Shown here: positions 9,366 to 19,218 of the stretch, piece after piece
Position numbering within the stretch: the first letter of the stretch is position 1
Layout of the letters: each line of letters begins with the position of its first letter
IMG/VR virus record: IMGVR_UViG_3300034062_005626
DNA: 64,000 nucleotides
Reading direction: 5' to 3' (one strand)
DNA from: a virus
Lineage: Duplodnaviria > Caudoviricetes
Notes under the pieces: model-generated
Told to the model about the DNA's origin: nothing
The model's database searches: none
The model's input: only the letters and a program-made list of their open reading frames with translations
Translations under genes and position numbers: made by a program

Positions 9366-10207
9366 TATGGGTTTCCGTATTCATACCATTTTATAACATT
9401 AACCGAATCACCAACTCTTTGAAGAACAGGTGCTTGGTTTTGTTGTGGGATTTCTTTGTAAACTTGATATTCAAAGTTTGCAAAATCTAACTCAACTTTA
9501 TAATAAAAATATTGTGATTTATTAAAATTAAATTTGTTATTTGCAGAAAAAGTAGATTGTGGTTCATTCATAAACCTTACAAATTGACCTGTCTTCGCAT
9601 TAAAAAACTTAGCGGTCATATAAAACTCTGTAATATTTATAAAATCAGTTTCTTTTAACCAATATATAAAAAATCCTTCTTTGTCGGAACCTGTATAATC
9701 AAGTTTAAATTTTGGTTTTTTAACATTCACTTGTGTTTGATTGTTTAATGGACCTAAAAAACCAACTCTTGTTTGTCCTTGTTGTGTTGGTAATATTACA
9801 CTAAAATATGCCTTTTGGTTTTCATTTGTTTTTGTGTCATAAAAATCCAATTTGAAAAAACTACCTTTGAATGAATTTGCAAAATAATATAATTCAGGGT
9901 CAGTAAATGTTGCATTATCATAGTCAACTGCCCAATCATTAGATGTTGCGGCAGTAACAGAAACGGTAGAATCTAAAAAATAAAATTCATAATTTATGTC
10001 TGTAACATTTGGTGTTTGCGAGTATTCTTTATTTGCGAATCTTGTAGTTTCAAAATCATCAATACCATTTATTAAATCTTGTAAAATATCAGTTTCAAAT
10101 TGAACGATTCCATCGTTTCTACCACCCATGTCAAAAGTTATTTCAACCGGTATGTTAAAAGCCGTATCTTCTGAAGTTACACTAAACCTATAATAATTAT
10201 TATTCAC
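9365..10207 (-). CDS. Putative virion structural protein, unknown function
   Basis: 280-aa aromatic/beta-rich ORF overlapping both neighbours in the tail cluster. Confidence 0.5.
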   Translation of the reverse strand: MNNNYYRFSVTSEDTAFNIPVEITFDMGGRNDGIVQFETDILQDLINGIDDFETTRFANKEYSQTPNVTDINYEFYFLDSTVSVTAATSNDWAVDYDNATFTDPELYYFANSFKGSFFKLDFYDTKTNENQKAYFSVILPTQQGQTRVGFLGPLNNQTQVNVKKPKFKLDYTGSDKEGFFIYWLKETDFINITEFYMTAKFFNAKTGQFVRFMNEPQSTFSANNKFNFNKSQYFYYKVELDFANFEYQVYKEIPQQNQAPVLQRVGDSVNVIKWYEYGNP

Positions 10208-11915
10208 AATCGTCGTTAGTTATTTGTTGATATTCGTTTGAGAATACATTGTTATTTCTTCGAATAGGATATTGTAAAAATATACAATTTAAAAACGGAT
10301 AATGAGCTCCGTTGATGAATGGGTTATTTACCCCAATCCCATCACTATCTATATATCCATAAGTATATAAATCTCTCCAATACCATTTGTTATTATATTC
10401 ACTAAACCAAGAATACCCAGGTATATTGTCTACAGTGTCTTTTGTTCCATTTTCAATATAATCACTAAAAGCTCTAATGGGTATTGAATGGTGTGGGTTG
10501 TACAAATAACCATCAGGATAGTTTTGATTTCCCGTTGTTTGAAACAACAAATCGTTAAATGAATATTTGTGAATGGCTTTAGATAAAACATACTCTCTTT
10601 GTTCCATGTAGTTATATTCACAAAAATCTCCTAAAATTACATCACCTTGATTTAATATTTCATTATAATAAAATGTTTGTCCATTTAACGAATATGAATT
10701 TGTTGGTATATTATCTTTATTTAAACTATTGTTATGGTTCCACCATGTGTCCACTGAATTTTCTAAAAAATTAAAATTCCAACCTACGTCAATTCCGGTT
10801 TGTAGGCCATTTTGATTAACAAATGGTTTATTAAACCACCCCATATATCCTCTGTTTATAATTGTTAAAAACAACTCAGTTAATGGTTTTCCGTTGTTGT
10901 CTATGTAACCCCCTATTCTTACGTCTTTATCAAACGTGAAAGAAAATGTCTGAGCGTTATTTTTTACAGAAACTCTTTGTACTTGATTTGGTGTTAGTGC
11001 CGAATACTCTAATTTTTTATCTATTGCAAATGGGTTATTTTCAAATCCTGCTTTACTAATATTACATTGTTCACTGTTTTTGATAATCTTGTGTAATCTA
11101 ACATAGTATATGGATTTTGTTTCTGCAGAATTAGCAGGTTCAGTTATTCTTTTAAGATTTCCAAAAACACCCGTTTGTATATCTAATGTTGGATATTTTA
11201 AATCATAAATTGTAAAAACTTTATTTTCTGAATCGATTGTTCCATCACCCAAAGAATAAACTTGAAATATAGTTTTATTATTAATTGGTGTCGATAATTC
11301 AACATATTGTCCAATTTGTAAATTGTGATTTGTACCACAATAAAAATAAACTAAAGATTTTCCATTAAATTTACCTGTCGTTAAAACATAAGGTATTCCG
11401 TCACCAGCAACAAACCCCCCATTGGTTACTCCAAACTTTTCATCAGTATATGACATTGTTTGTGCGGTTGTACTTGAAAACGCATAACTAACATAAAAAG
11501 ACCAATTATACGTTGAAGCACTTTTAGGGACAAATGGTACATGTCCTGTAATACCGCTAAATCTTTGAATTGAGAACTCGTCAAACTGAGGGTTTCCTTC
11601 CCAAAAGTTTGAGTTGTTGGACGCATTACTTATTGCGTTTGTGTAATATAAATTATTTTTAAACGGTGTGTAAGATGTTTTACCGGTTAATGTATTATCA
11701 AATACATTTGTAATCTTACCAGCAAGTCTAAATTTATCACTCTCCTGTCTTTCTGTTTCAAAGAGCGTTTGTTGATTTACTAAGATACTTCTATCCCCTT
11801 CAATTAACTCTCTTCTATCACCAATTAATGGTGGTTGGAGCCAAACATCTTTATCTGTATTCCCAGCATACCTTTTGGACCCAATAACAATTCTTATTTC
11901 ATTTTCGTTACTCAT
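10200..11915 (-). CDS. Putative virion structural protein, unknown function
   Basis: 571-aa ORF with coupled start/stop overlaps in the tail cluster. Confidence 0.5.
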   Translation of the reverse strand: MSNENEIRIVIGSKRYAGNTDKDVWLQPPLIGDRRELIEGDRSILVNQQTLFETERQESDKFRLAGKITNVFDNTLTGKTSYTPFKNNLYYTNAISNASNNSNFWEGNPQFDEFSIQRFSGITGHVPFVPKSASTYNWSFYVSYAFSSTTAQTMSYTDEKFGVTNGGFVAGDGIPYVLTTGKFNGKSLVYFYCGTNHNLQIGQYVELSTPINNKTIFQVYSLGDGTIDSENKVFTIYDLKYPTLDIQTGVFGNLKRITEPANSAETKSIYYVRLHKIIKNSEQCNISKAGFENNPFAIDKKLEYSALTPNQVQRVSVKNNAQTFSFTFDKDVRIGGYIDNNGKPLTELFLTIINRGYMGWFNKPFVNQNGLQTGIDVGWNFNFLENSVDTWWNHNNSLNKDNIPTNSYSLNGQTFYYNEILNQGDVILGDFCEYNYMEQREYVLSKAIHKYSFNDLLFQTTGNQNYPDGYLYNPHHSIPIRAFSDYIENGTKDTVDNIPGYSWFSEYNNKWYWRDLYTYGYIDSDGIGVNNPFINGAHYPFLNCIFLQYPIRRNNNVFSNEYQQITNDDCE

Positions 11916-14900
11916 CTTGGTTCAATATATATGCTTTGATGTATCTGTTGATTGCACTTTTACCTTTGTTTAATCCAAAATAAAAATGATTAGGTCCTCC
12001 CACAATAAATGATTGTTGAGTACCTGCCGGCCAATTTGGATTTGATAAACCTTGTGGTGTTTGATTAAATATGTAACCTCTTCCTCCTGTTGTTGATGGG
12101 TTAAAGTATGGTGTAGTTGGAGGGTTAAAACTAAAGTTTTGGTATTTTTGATAATAAAAACTACCATTAGCCAAAACATCAGTAACCCAATCATTTGTGT
12201 CAGAACCAAAAATAGTTGAAGTTGTTGAAGATGACCACTGATATGTTGGGACTACTTGTGTGTTAGGGTAACCAAAATAATTTGTAAGGTTTGGTGCGAA
12301 TGTTTGAATACCCGGACTTAGTGTTAATCTATTAATTGTATTTGAACTAAAGAAGATTCCCATTAAAGCGTCTCCCGTACCAATATACAACTCATTATCA
12401 GTGTAATTATCTTCATCAAACTCTTCAATTCCATACTCAGAGTTTATTGAAAACATTTGAGCTACATCACCATCTATTCTGTCTTCACTTCTTGAAAACA
12501 TTCTGTTTATTGATGAATCACCCAAACCTAAAACTTGACCCCAAAAATTAGAGTTAATAAGTCTTGAAATAATAAACAACTGTAAAATTTCAGAAGTATC
12601 ATTGTATGAAGTACTTTTGATTGTTTCAATCAAGTACCCTTCAAAATTAGGGTTAGTACATATTTCTTTTGTAAACTCATCTCTTGGTCCTAAGTCCATA
12701 ATGGTGGTCGGGAAAAACAAATTTCTAACATTCATCCCTTTGAAGTTCGCGTCTTCAAATGTTGAACTTGTGATATTTAATTTTCTTGGTTTTTGTCCAA
12801 TAAATTTACTTCCGTCATAAATAGCACCTCTATAAAACAATGAATTTGTGGTTCCTCTTGTATAAAATATAGGTCCTTGATATGGTCTTAATGTACTATC
12901 AGGACTACCACAAAACTTATATTTTTTTGGTTGTCCCGCAATGTTAAAAATTGTTTGTTTTTTCAATGAGAACATATATAAAGAACCATTGACCCAATTG
13001 TTTTGAAACACATGTGAAAATATTCCTCTACATGCAGCAAACACCATTCTAAATCTTGTTTTCCATTCAAAGAAATATGTAACATCTTTTGGTATTGAAA
13101 CAAGTAATGGACTATCAACAAATTTGTAACATCCCCCTGACATTCTTTTTCCATTCGGATTTTCACTACATGGATTTTGAACTGAAAAAGATGTCCCACC
13201 GCCTTGGTAACATTTTAATACTGTCATGTTTTCACAGGAAAGTGATGCCAAAACTGTACTTGATATTTGACTCGGAGTGTCTCCTGTTATATCTTGAGCA
13301 TTATTTGTAGTGTCATTAGGACCATTTGTTGATGGTGCCAATGAAGTACCACCATCTTCGTCTACTGTGTAGACCGCAAAGTTGTCGTTTAAAAATAAAC
13401 TAAACGAGTTATTACCACTTAATTCTGTCGCACTTGATGTAGGTAGTCTATCAGACCTAAATACAATGTTAGAAGAGTTTGAAATGGAAATGTTCGATAC
13501 TACCGAAGTGTGGTATGCTGGTGAATAAACTCTTGTGGTTGTTGTTGCAATGTTTATACTTGTTCCCGGAGTTGCGTTTGAAGCAATTAAAGTTCCACCT
13601 TCAATATTACCTTGAGCACTTAACACACCATTTGTCCATTGGAACGCCAATTTATTATTACCAACACTTGGTTGTATATTTGAATATACACCAGGTGTGG
13701 AAGTAAAATATGATAAAGTCACAGCGTCTGATGAATAAGCTTTAAATGTTTGTTGTGACTTATCTGTTGAGTTATAAAAGTAAGGTGAGTTGTTTGTAAA
13801 TGCACTAAACAATGTACTATCAGGAGTAAAACCAAAAGGTGGGTGATATAATGACGCATTTGTATTATTTGAAACTAAATGTGATTCAGGCGTTTTATAA
13901 TCATTAAACCAAGCTCCACTTCCTGAGTTTTGTTGTATTGGTACATTAAGATAATAACTACCTTCAATAACAGGACCCGAACCTAAGTTAAATCCAAATA
14001 ATTTCGATAGGTCATATCTTATATTTTGTTTGTCGGTGTATGGGTCCGTACCTCTTGTTAAAAATATAATTTCATAGTTTGCAAAATTATCAATAAATTT
14101 GATTGGGAATACGTAGTCACATTGTTGTACTGGTGTACCATAACAGAATCTTTGTGTCTTTTTAAACAAATATTTGTTAAGTAATCCTCCCGTTGTGTTT
14201 GTTAATCCTGAAAACTGTGATACAGTACCTCCTGTGATAACTTGAAAATATTCAACCCCCGCAGGATATTTGTAATCTTTTCCATCTTCAGATATATTTA
14301 ATTTCAAGTTTACAGTTTGTTGTAAACCTGCTTGATTAATGTAATTAACAGGAACTGTCACTAAACTTGTTGCGTTATATGGTGTAGTTCCCGTAATACT
14401 ATTAGTATTAAACTGATTGGAATTAGTTATACCCGTTAAGTTGGGGTCATTTATTAAGTTGATGTCTTGGAATGTTAAAAGTTGTCCAGGTTGTAAACCG
14501 TTGAAAGTTCCACTATCAACAAATAACATCATAACACTATCGGTAAACGGTTGTGACGCATCTAATGTTGTTGTATTTGGAATGTTGTTTCTAACAGTTG
14601 TTTGAATTAAATTATCACCTTCAAAATATCTTTGTCTAATATTTGCTAAATTCAAAGATTGTGATAGTGTAACGTCATTCGCTAATACTTTTATTCCCCC
14701 TTGTGCCGGATATTCGGCAATTGGAGTTTTAACTAACTTATCATTATCATTTCCAAGATTTTGGAATTGGTAACCCGCCATCGCTTGGACAACTCCATTG
14801 TTAAAAGCGTCAGGGTCATTTGCCGAAGATGCTTGCGATGAGTTGTAAACACTATAAGAAGTTGTGGAATTTGTATTCGCTAAAGGACTATTATTTTCTG

Positions 14901-16761
14901 ATGAAATTGCAACATTTGCACTTTGAGCGAATGAACTTTGACTACTATCTTCAGGAAGTGTTTCATCAGTACATGGGCAGGCCTCACAATCAGGATAAGA
15001 CAACATGGGTAAAGAAATTCTTTTAAATATATTTTCTTTTCCTAATGGTTTAATTGATTGGGTTTTACAACCACCTTTAGGTCTTGCTCCAAATGTGATT
15101 GCACTTATCGCTAAACAAATACCATATATAACAACATTTATTACCCATATTAAAAGATTTATCAATATTCTTAATATTGGGTATATAAATGCAACAAAGT
15201 GTAAAATGATTATTAAAGTTATGAACGTAGGTGTAAGTAGTATTAAAAGTAGACTTAGTAAAAAGAACAAAAAGTCAAAATTTCTTACACCATCATTAAC
15301 CGGAAATCTGTTTGTGGTGGTAGTACATCGTCTATCTGTAATTTCTTTTATACCTAAATGTCTACTTCTATTGAATCCCCACTTCCATCTATCTATAAAA
15401 TTTGCAACTGTATAAACTTTATTGAAATTAAATTGATAAAACTTATCATTACAGTTTACAGCCTCTTGAATCATTTGTTGACCTATTGTCGTATTCACAT
15501 CCCCATAATCATCCCAATCTAAACTAAATGCGTATGATTTTAATTGTGCGGTTACGTCTGTAGGCGCATTGATGTTAGATGTGGTCCATCCCCATTCTTT
15601 AACATTTGGAACCAAATAATCTGCTCTTAATACACTTGATTCCATTCCATCTTCATTCTGATATTGGATTCTAAATCTATATTTTCCTTTTGTTGGTATA
15701 CCGACATTTGGGTCTGTTGATAGTACTTGTTCACCAAACTCGTTTGTTGTTACGTAGTCCAAATTCATTGGGACGTTTACTAACCAAGTACCGTTGTCAT
15801 CAATTATTTTACCTCCTTCGGGTAGTGAATATTGTTCTAATGCCGGTCTACCGTTTACATCATAATTTATTGTTTGTCTAATTGCTAATATTCTTCCTTG
15901 CCCTGTGACTAAATCACATAAATTACCGGAGTCTTTTTTAGGTTTACAATTTGATTTTAAAAAGTCTTCTTCACTTGTTGAAAACAATGAACCCATAAAA
16001 ACGGCTTGAGGTGTAATTTCAATCCCTAAATCTCTTAAATCAAAATCAACTCTTGTTATTCCAACATTACAAATGTTTTCTTCACCCCAGAAAGATGCAA
16101 CGTCTATATCTTTTTTTTGATTTACTATTTGAGGTAGTGAGTCTAAATCTGTCGATGATTTAAATTGGTCCCCATCAAATTGTTCTGTAGTTCCCCGACC
16201 TAATCTTATTAAGTCTGAAGGTCTAAGTGAAAAACAACCGATGTTTGATAAGTCTAAATCTAGTATTGCGGTTTGAATACCTAACGGTACACCAATAATC
16301 ATAAAGTCACCACTTTCATTAGTTTTTACAGTGTACTTATAATACTTTTCATAAACTTCTAAAACTTCATTTCTTGTTAAAACATCCTCCACATCAGGAA
16401 ATGTACCAGTCGGACTATGACCACCATACTCTTTAACATATGGTAATAAGTTATATCTATAACCATCTTCGTTTTTTTGGTCAGGTCTTTTATAAGGGTA
16501 TAATGTGGATATAATTGGGTCGTTTTCGTCAATAGCATCCAATGGAACAAAAATAGATACATTTGCGTTTGGAACACCGTACCCACCATTAACAACAACT
16601 CTACCTGCAACAACACCGTAGTCGGCACAAAATCTTGTATATACATCTTCTTGTCTTAACTTTAAAGATAGTATCTCTAAAAAGTCAAAATCCTGTGTTA
16701 CGTTAATTCTTAGATTTTGGTCTTTTGTTGGTTGAGCCTTTAGTCTATATGTTTTGGTCAT
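11908..16761 (-). CDS. Giant putative baseplate/tail protein with N-terminal carboxypeptidase-regulatory-like beta domain and an internal hydrophobic hairpin
   Basis: 1617 aa; GVVAGRVVVNGGYGVPNANVSIF at the N-terminus; about 65-aa hydrophobic stretch at ~15088-15289; directly after the gp6-like gene; late motif upstream. Confidence 0.5.
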   Translation of the reverse strand: MTKTYRLKAQPTKDQNLRINVTQDFDFLEILSLKLRQEDVYTRFCADYGVVAGRVVVNGGYGVPNANVSIFVPLDAIDENDPIISTLYPYKRPDQKNEDGYRYNLLPYVKEYGGHSPTGTFPDVEDVLTRNEVLEVYEKYYKYTVKTNESGDFMIIGVPLGIQTAILDLDLSNIGCFSLRPSDLIRLGRGTTEQFDGDQFKSSTDLDSLPQIVNQKKDIDVASFWGEENICNVGITRVDFDLRDLGIEITPQAVFMGSLFSTSEEDFLKSNCKPKKDSGNLCDLVTGQGRILAIRQTINYDVNGRPALEQYSLPEGGKIIDDNGTWLVNVPMNLDYVTTNEFGEQVLSTDPNVGIPTKGKYRFRIQYQNEDGMESSVLRADYLVPNVKEWGWTTSNINAPTDVTAQLKSYAFSLDWDDYGDVNTTIGQQMIQEAVNCNDKFYQFNFNKVYTVANFIDRWKWGFNRSRHLGIKEITDRRCTTTTNRFPVNDGVRNFDFLFFLLSLLLILLTPTFITLIIILHFVAFIYPILRILINLLIWVINVVIYGICLAISAITFGARPKGGCKTQSIKPLGKENIFKRISLPMLSYPDCEACPCTDETLPEDSSQSSFAQSANVAISSENNSPLANTNSTTSYSVYNSSQASSANDPDAFNNGVVQAMAGYQFQNLGNDNDKLVKTPIAEYPAQGGIKVLANDVTLSQSLNLANIRQRYFEGDNLIQTTVRNNIPNTTTLDASQPFTDSVMMLFVDSGTFNGLQPGQLLTFQDINLINDPNLTGITNSNQFNTNSITGTTPYNATSLVTVPVNYINQAGLQQTVNLKLNISEDGKDYKYPAGVEYFQVITGGTVSQFSGLTNTTGGLLNKYLFKKTQRFCYGTPVQQCDYVFPIKFIDNFANYEIIFLTRGTDPYTDKQNIRYDLSKLFGFNLGSGPVIEGSYYLNVPIQQNSGSGAWFNDYKTPESHLVSNNTNASLYHPPFGFTPDSTLFSAFTNNSPYFYNSTDKSQQTFKAYSSDAVTLSYFTSTPGVYSNIQPSVGNNKLAFQWTNGVLSAQGNIEGGTLIASNATPGTSINIATTTTRVYSPAYHTSVVSNISISNSSNIVFRSDRLPTSSATELSGNNSFSLFLNDNFAVYTVDEDGGTSLAPSTNGPNDTTNNAQDITGDTPSQISSTVLASLSCENMTVLKCYQGGGTSFSVQNPCSENPNGKRMSGGCYKFVDSPLLVSIPKDVTYFFEWKTRFRMVFAACRGIFSHVFQNNWVNGSLYMFSLKKQTIFNIAGQPKKYKFCGSPDSTLRPYQGPIFYTRGTTNSLFYRGAIYDGSKFIGQKPRKLNITSSTFEDANFKGMNVRNLFFPTTIMDLGPRDEFTKEICTNPNFEGYLIETIKSTSYNDTSEILQLFIISRLINSNFWGQVLGLGDSSINRMFSRSEDRIDGDVAQMFSINSEYGIEEFDEDNYTDNELYIGTGDALMGIFFSSNTINRLTLSPGIQTFAPNLTNYFGYPNTQVVPTYQWSSSTTSTIFGSDTNDWVTDVLANGSFYYQKYQNFSFNPPTTPYFNPSTTGGRGYIFNQTPQGLSNPNWPAGTQQSFIVGGPNHFYFGLNKGKSAINRYIKAYILNQDE

Positions 16762-16835
16762 TTACTGTTTTAAAATAAATAGATAATTTAGGTTTTTTAT
16801 TTAAAACTAATAACCTTAAAAATAAAATAAATGAT

Positions 16836-18674
16836 TTAGTAGAAGTCTACGGTTCTTAGTTGTTTTACCCTTACATTAATATCTCTAGAATCAAATCTGA
16901 TTTGATATATTTGGTCTGGTTCGGCAAATAAGGTGTCGTCAATTAATAAAATTTCTTTGGTTTCCGCATCGGCGTACCTTTGAGATGTTTCAGATGACGA
17001 ATATTGACCCCCTGTTCTGTTATATATTTTCAAATCTGTTAATGTATTAACACCTGCAACGTCTTGTATTAATCTTCTAATATCAGAAACGTTTACATTT
17101 TGACCTAAATCTCTGTTTTGCGGATTCATGTAAGTTGATACTTGGTCAATAATTTGAGTAATTATTTGACTTTGAGCGGTATTATTTTCGATTACAACAG
17201 ATATTTCAAACTCTAAATCTATTACCTTTGCGACATCAATTGATATGTAGTCATTTATCATTCTATACTTAGACAAATAGGTTGCCAAGTTTGTTTTAAT
17301 TGCGTTTGGAACTGTTTGTGTTAGATTCCCGTCTGAATCATATGATAAAATTTGTACAGTAACTTTGTTATTATTTTCTGTAATCGCGACTTTGGCAGGT
17401 GCCCCAAATTTACCTGGCATTGTATCGATTAAAGATTTATAGTCATTAACTGTCACCGCTCTTTTTTGTGCCGCAAAGTTAAAACTAACCATGTTTCTTG
17501 CCTCTTCAATTGTTGGTTGGTTTGCTCCTCCAACCGCACTTGTTACATTATTAATTTTTAATGATTGTACAACACTTTGATTGATTTGTGATGATGGTCC
17601 GTTTACCGCTAAATTAACTAATCCAACTTGGTTGATTGAACCAACACCAACATTTGATGCAGTTCCTCCACCTACTCGGTACTGAACAAATAGTGTTGTG
17701 TTAGGTGTTACTGTAAGTCCCAATCCGATATTATTTTGATAATTTTGTATTTTTAATGGGGTTCCAAGATTTGCAAATTGTTGAAGTTGTTGATTTGGTG
17801 TTGTCGTTGCTGCCCCAAATTGTACCTTCATATAACTTTCGGGTGTGTATTCTGTTATAAATCTGTTGTCAGTTTTTATATATTGACCAACTTTAACGCC
17901 AGCATTGTCTATTGGTTTTGTGGGGTCCTCAATAAAAACTGTGTCTTCCGCCAATGCGTCAACTTCATACCATTTGTTCTGTGATGTTATAAATTCAGCA
18001 TTTGTTGGGGTTGATTGGTATTGTGTTCCGTCTTTTTGTATGATTGTTGTAACAGACAAAACATTCTTTTCAGGTAAAAAGAAACTATAGAAAGGAACTA
18101 CGTCTGCAGCATTTACAACTTGTTTATATATTTTAGTAACACCATTAACAACAACTTCTCTTTTAGTTATTATATAACTTGTTATTTTATTATTGTTGTC
18201 AAAAACAGGGGTTTTGGTTCTATTATTTACCCCTTCGTTGTTATATTGTGTAGAAAAATCAACATCATAGACTGTTTCAAATGTTTGCCCTCCACCATTA
18301 AACTGAGCCCCCGCTCTTAAAATACCTAAGTATCTTGAATCTTCATTGTCACCAAATGCCGGAACTTGTATTGATATTTCCACAAGAGCAACTGAAGGTC
18401 TAAATCCCGGTATTTTCAAACCATAGGTTCTTGCAATATTAAAAATAGAAGACCTTTGTTGTGCATATTGTAAGACAGTTTCTTGAATACTTCTATCGAT
18501 ATGAAAATGTAAATTATCTCCAATCGCAGCATTTAAATCCATCAAAACTGAAAAGATTGAAGCGTCATTAAAATTTTGAATTATTTCAGGATAATACTGT
18601 TGGGTATAGTTGATTAAGTCCTTTCTTAGACTTTCAAAATCCCTACTTGTATAATTAATTTTTTGAGTTGCCAT
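16836..18674 (-). CDS. Baseplate wedge subunit (T4 gp6 / baseplate J-like)
   Basis: 612 aa; N-terminal INYTSRDFESLRKDLINY...NFNDAS, ETVLQYAQQRSSIFNIARTYG, and AQKRAVTVNDY, all typical of gp6; follows gp25. Confidence 0.85.
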   Translation of the reverse strand: MATQKINYTSRDFESLRKDLINYTQQYYPEIIQNFNDASIFSVLMDLNAAIGDNLHFHIDRSIQETVLQYAQQRSSIFNIARTYGLKIPGFRPSVALVEISIQVPAFGDNEDSRYLGILRAGAQFNGGGQTFETVYDVDFSTQYNNEGVNNRTKTPVFDNNNKITSYIITKREVVVNGVTKIYKQVVNAADVVPFYSFFLPEKNVLSVTTIIQKDGTQYQSTPTNAEFITSQNKWYEVDALAEDTVFIEDPTKPIDNAGVKVGQYIKTDNRFITEYTPESYMKVQFGAATTTPNQQLQQFANLGTPLKIQNYQNNIGLGLTVTPNTTLFVQYRVGGGTASNVGVGSINQVGLVNLAVNGPSSQINQSVVQSLKINNVTSAVGGANQPTIEEARNMVSFNFAAQKRAVTVNDYKSLIDTMPGKFGAPAKVAITENNNKVTVQILSYDSDGNLTQTVPNAIKTNLATYLSKYRMINDYISIDVAKVIDLEFEISVVIENNTAQSQIITQIIDQVSTYMNPQNRDLGQNVNVSDIRRLIQDVAGVNTLTDLKIYNRTGGQYSSSETSQRYADAETKEILLIDDTLFAEPDQIYQIRFDSRDINVRVKQLRTVDFY

Positions 18675-18676
18675 AA

Positions 18677-19141
18677 TTATATGTTAATTATTATAAATTC
18701 TCTTGAACCAAACGAGTTGTTGTCGTCCGTATAATCTATTGTAAGTTTAGCTGTGTATTCTTGAGTTGCTCTACCAGGTATTCTATATATATCACTTGTT
18801 CCTAATAACTCTTGGTTAATGTCACCTGGAGCCTCATCTGATTGTAAATATGGAACCACTTTAATTTCATTTATAGTTAAATTTGGTATGTACTTGTCAA
18901 CCTGTTGTTGTATTTCAGATTTGATTCCGTCAAACGTTTCACCATCCAAAGGGTCAAAAATAAATTCATATATACGTGTTCCAAAATCAGGATTATAATA
19001 TCTACTACCTCTTGCGGTTAATATCAAATGTAAAAGGTCTGCCCGTATCTCATCACCAGCATTTTCGGTTAAATCAAAATAATAAGATTTTGGACTATCC
19101 CTAAAGGGAAAATTAACACCATAAGTTCTTCCATCTGCCAT
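18677..19141 (-). CDS. Baseplate wedge subunit gp25-like (GPW/gp25)
   Basis: 154 aa; IRADLLHLILTARGSRYYNPDFGTRIYEFIFDP is the canonical gp25 motif. Confidence 0.9.
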   Translation of the reverse strand: MADGRTYGVNFPFRDSPKSYYFDLTENAGDEIRADLLHLILTARGSRYYNPDFGTRIYEFIFDPLDGETFDGIKSEIQQQVDKYIPNLTINEIKVVPYLQSDEAPGDINQELLGTSDIYRIPGRATQEYTAKLTIDYTDDNNSFGSREFIIINI

Positions 19142-19185
19142 ATTACATAAATATAATATCCAACATTTTTAGTTAAATAGATATA

Positions 19186-19213
19186 AATAAAAAATCCGAG
19201 TATAACTCGGATT
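19186..19213 (-). terminator. Intrinsic terminator after nrdA
   Basis: Perfect 8-bp stem AATCCGAG(19193-19200)/CTCGGATT(19206-19213), followed on the minus strand by TTTTATTT. Confidence 0.8.
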
Positions 19214-19218
19214 AATTT

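Noticed and set aside
16765-16835. Possible hairpin AGGTT...AACCT in the gp6/1617-aa gap
   Set aside because: Stem too short and AT-rich to support a terminator call.
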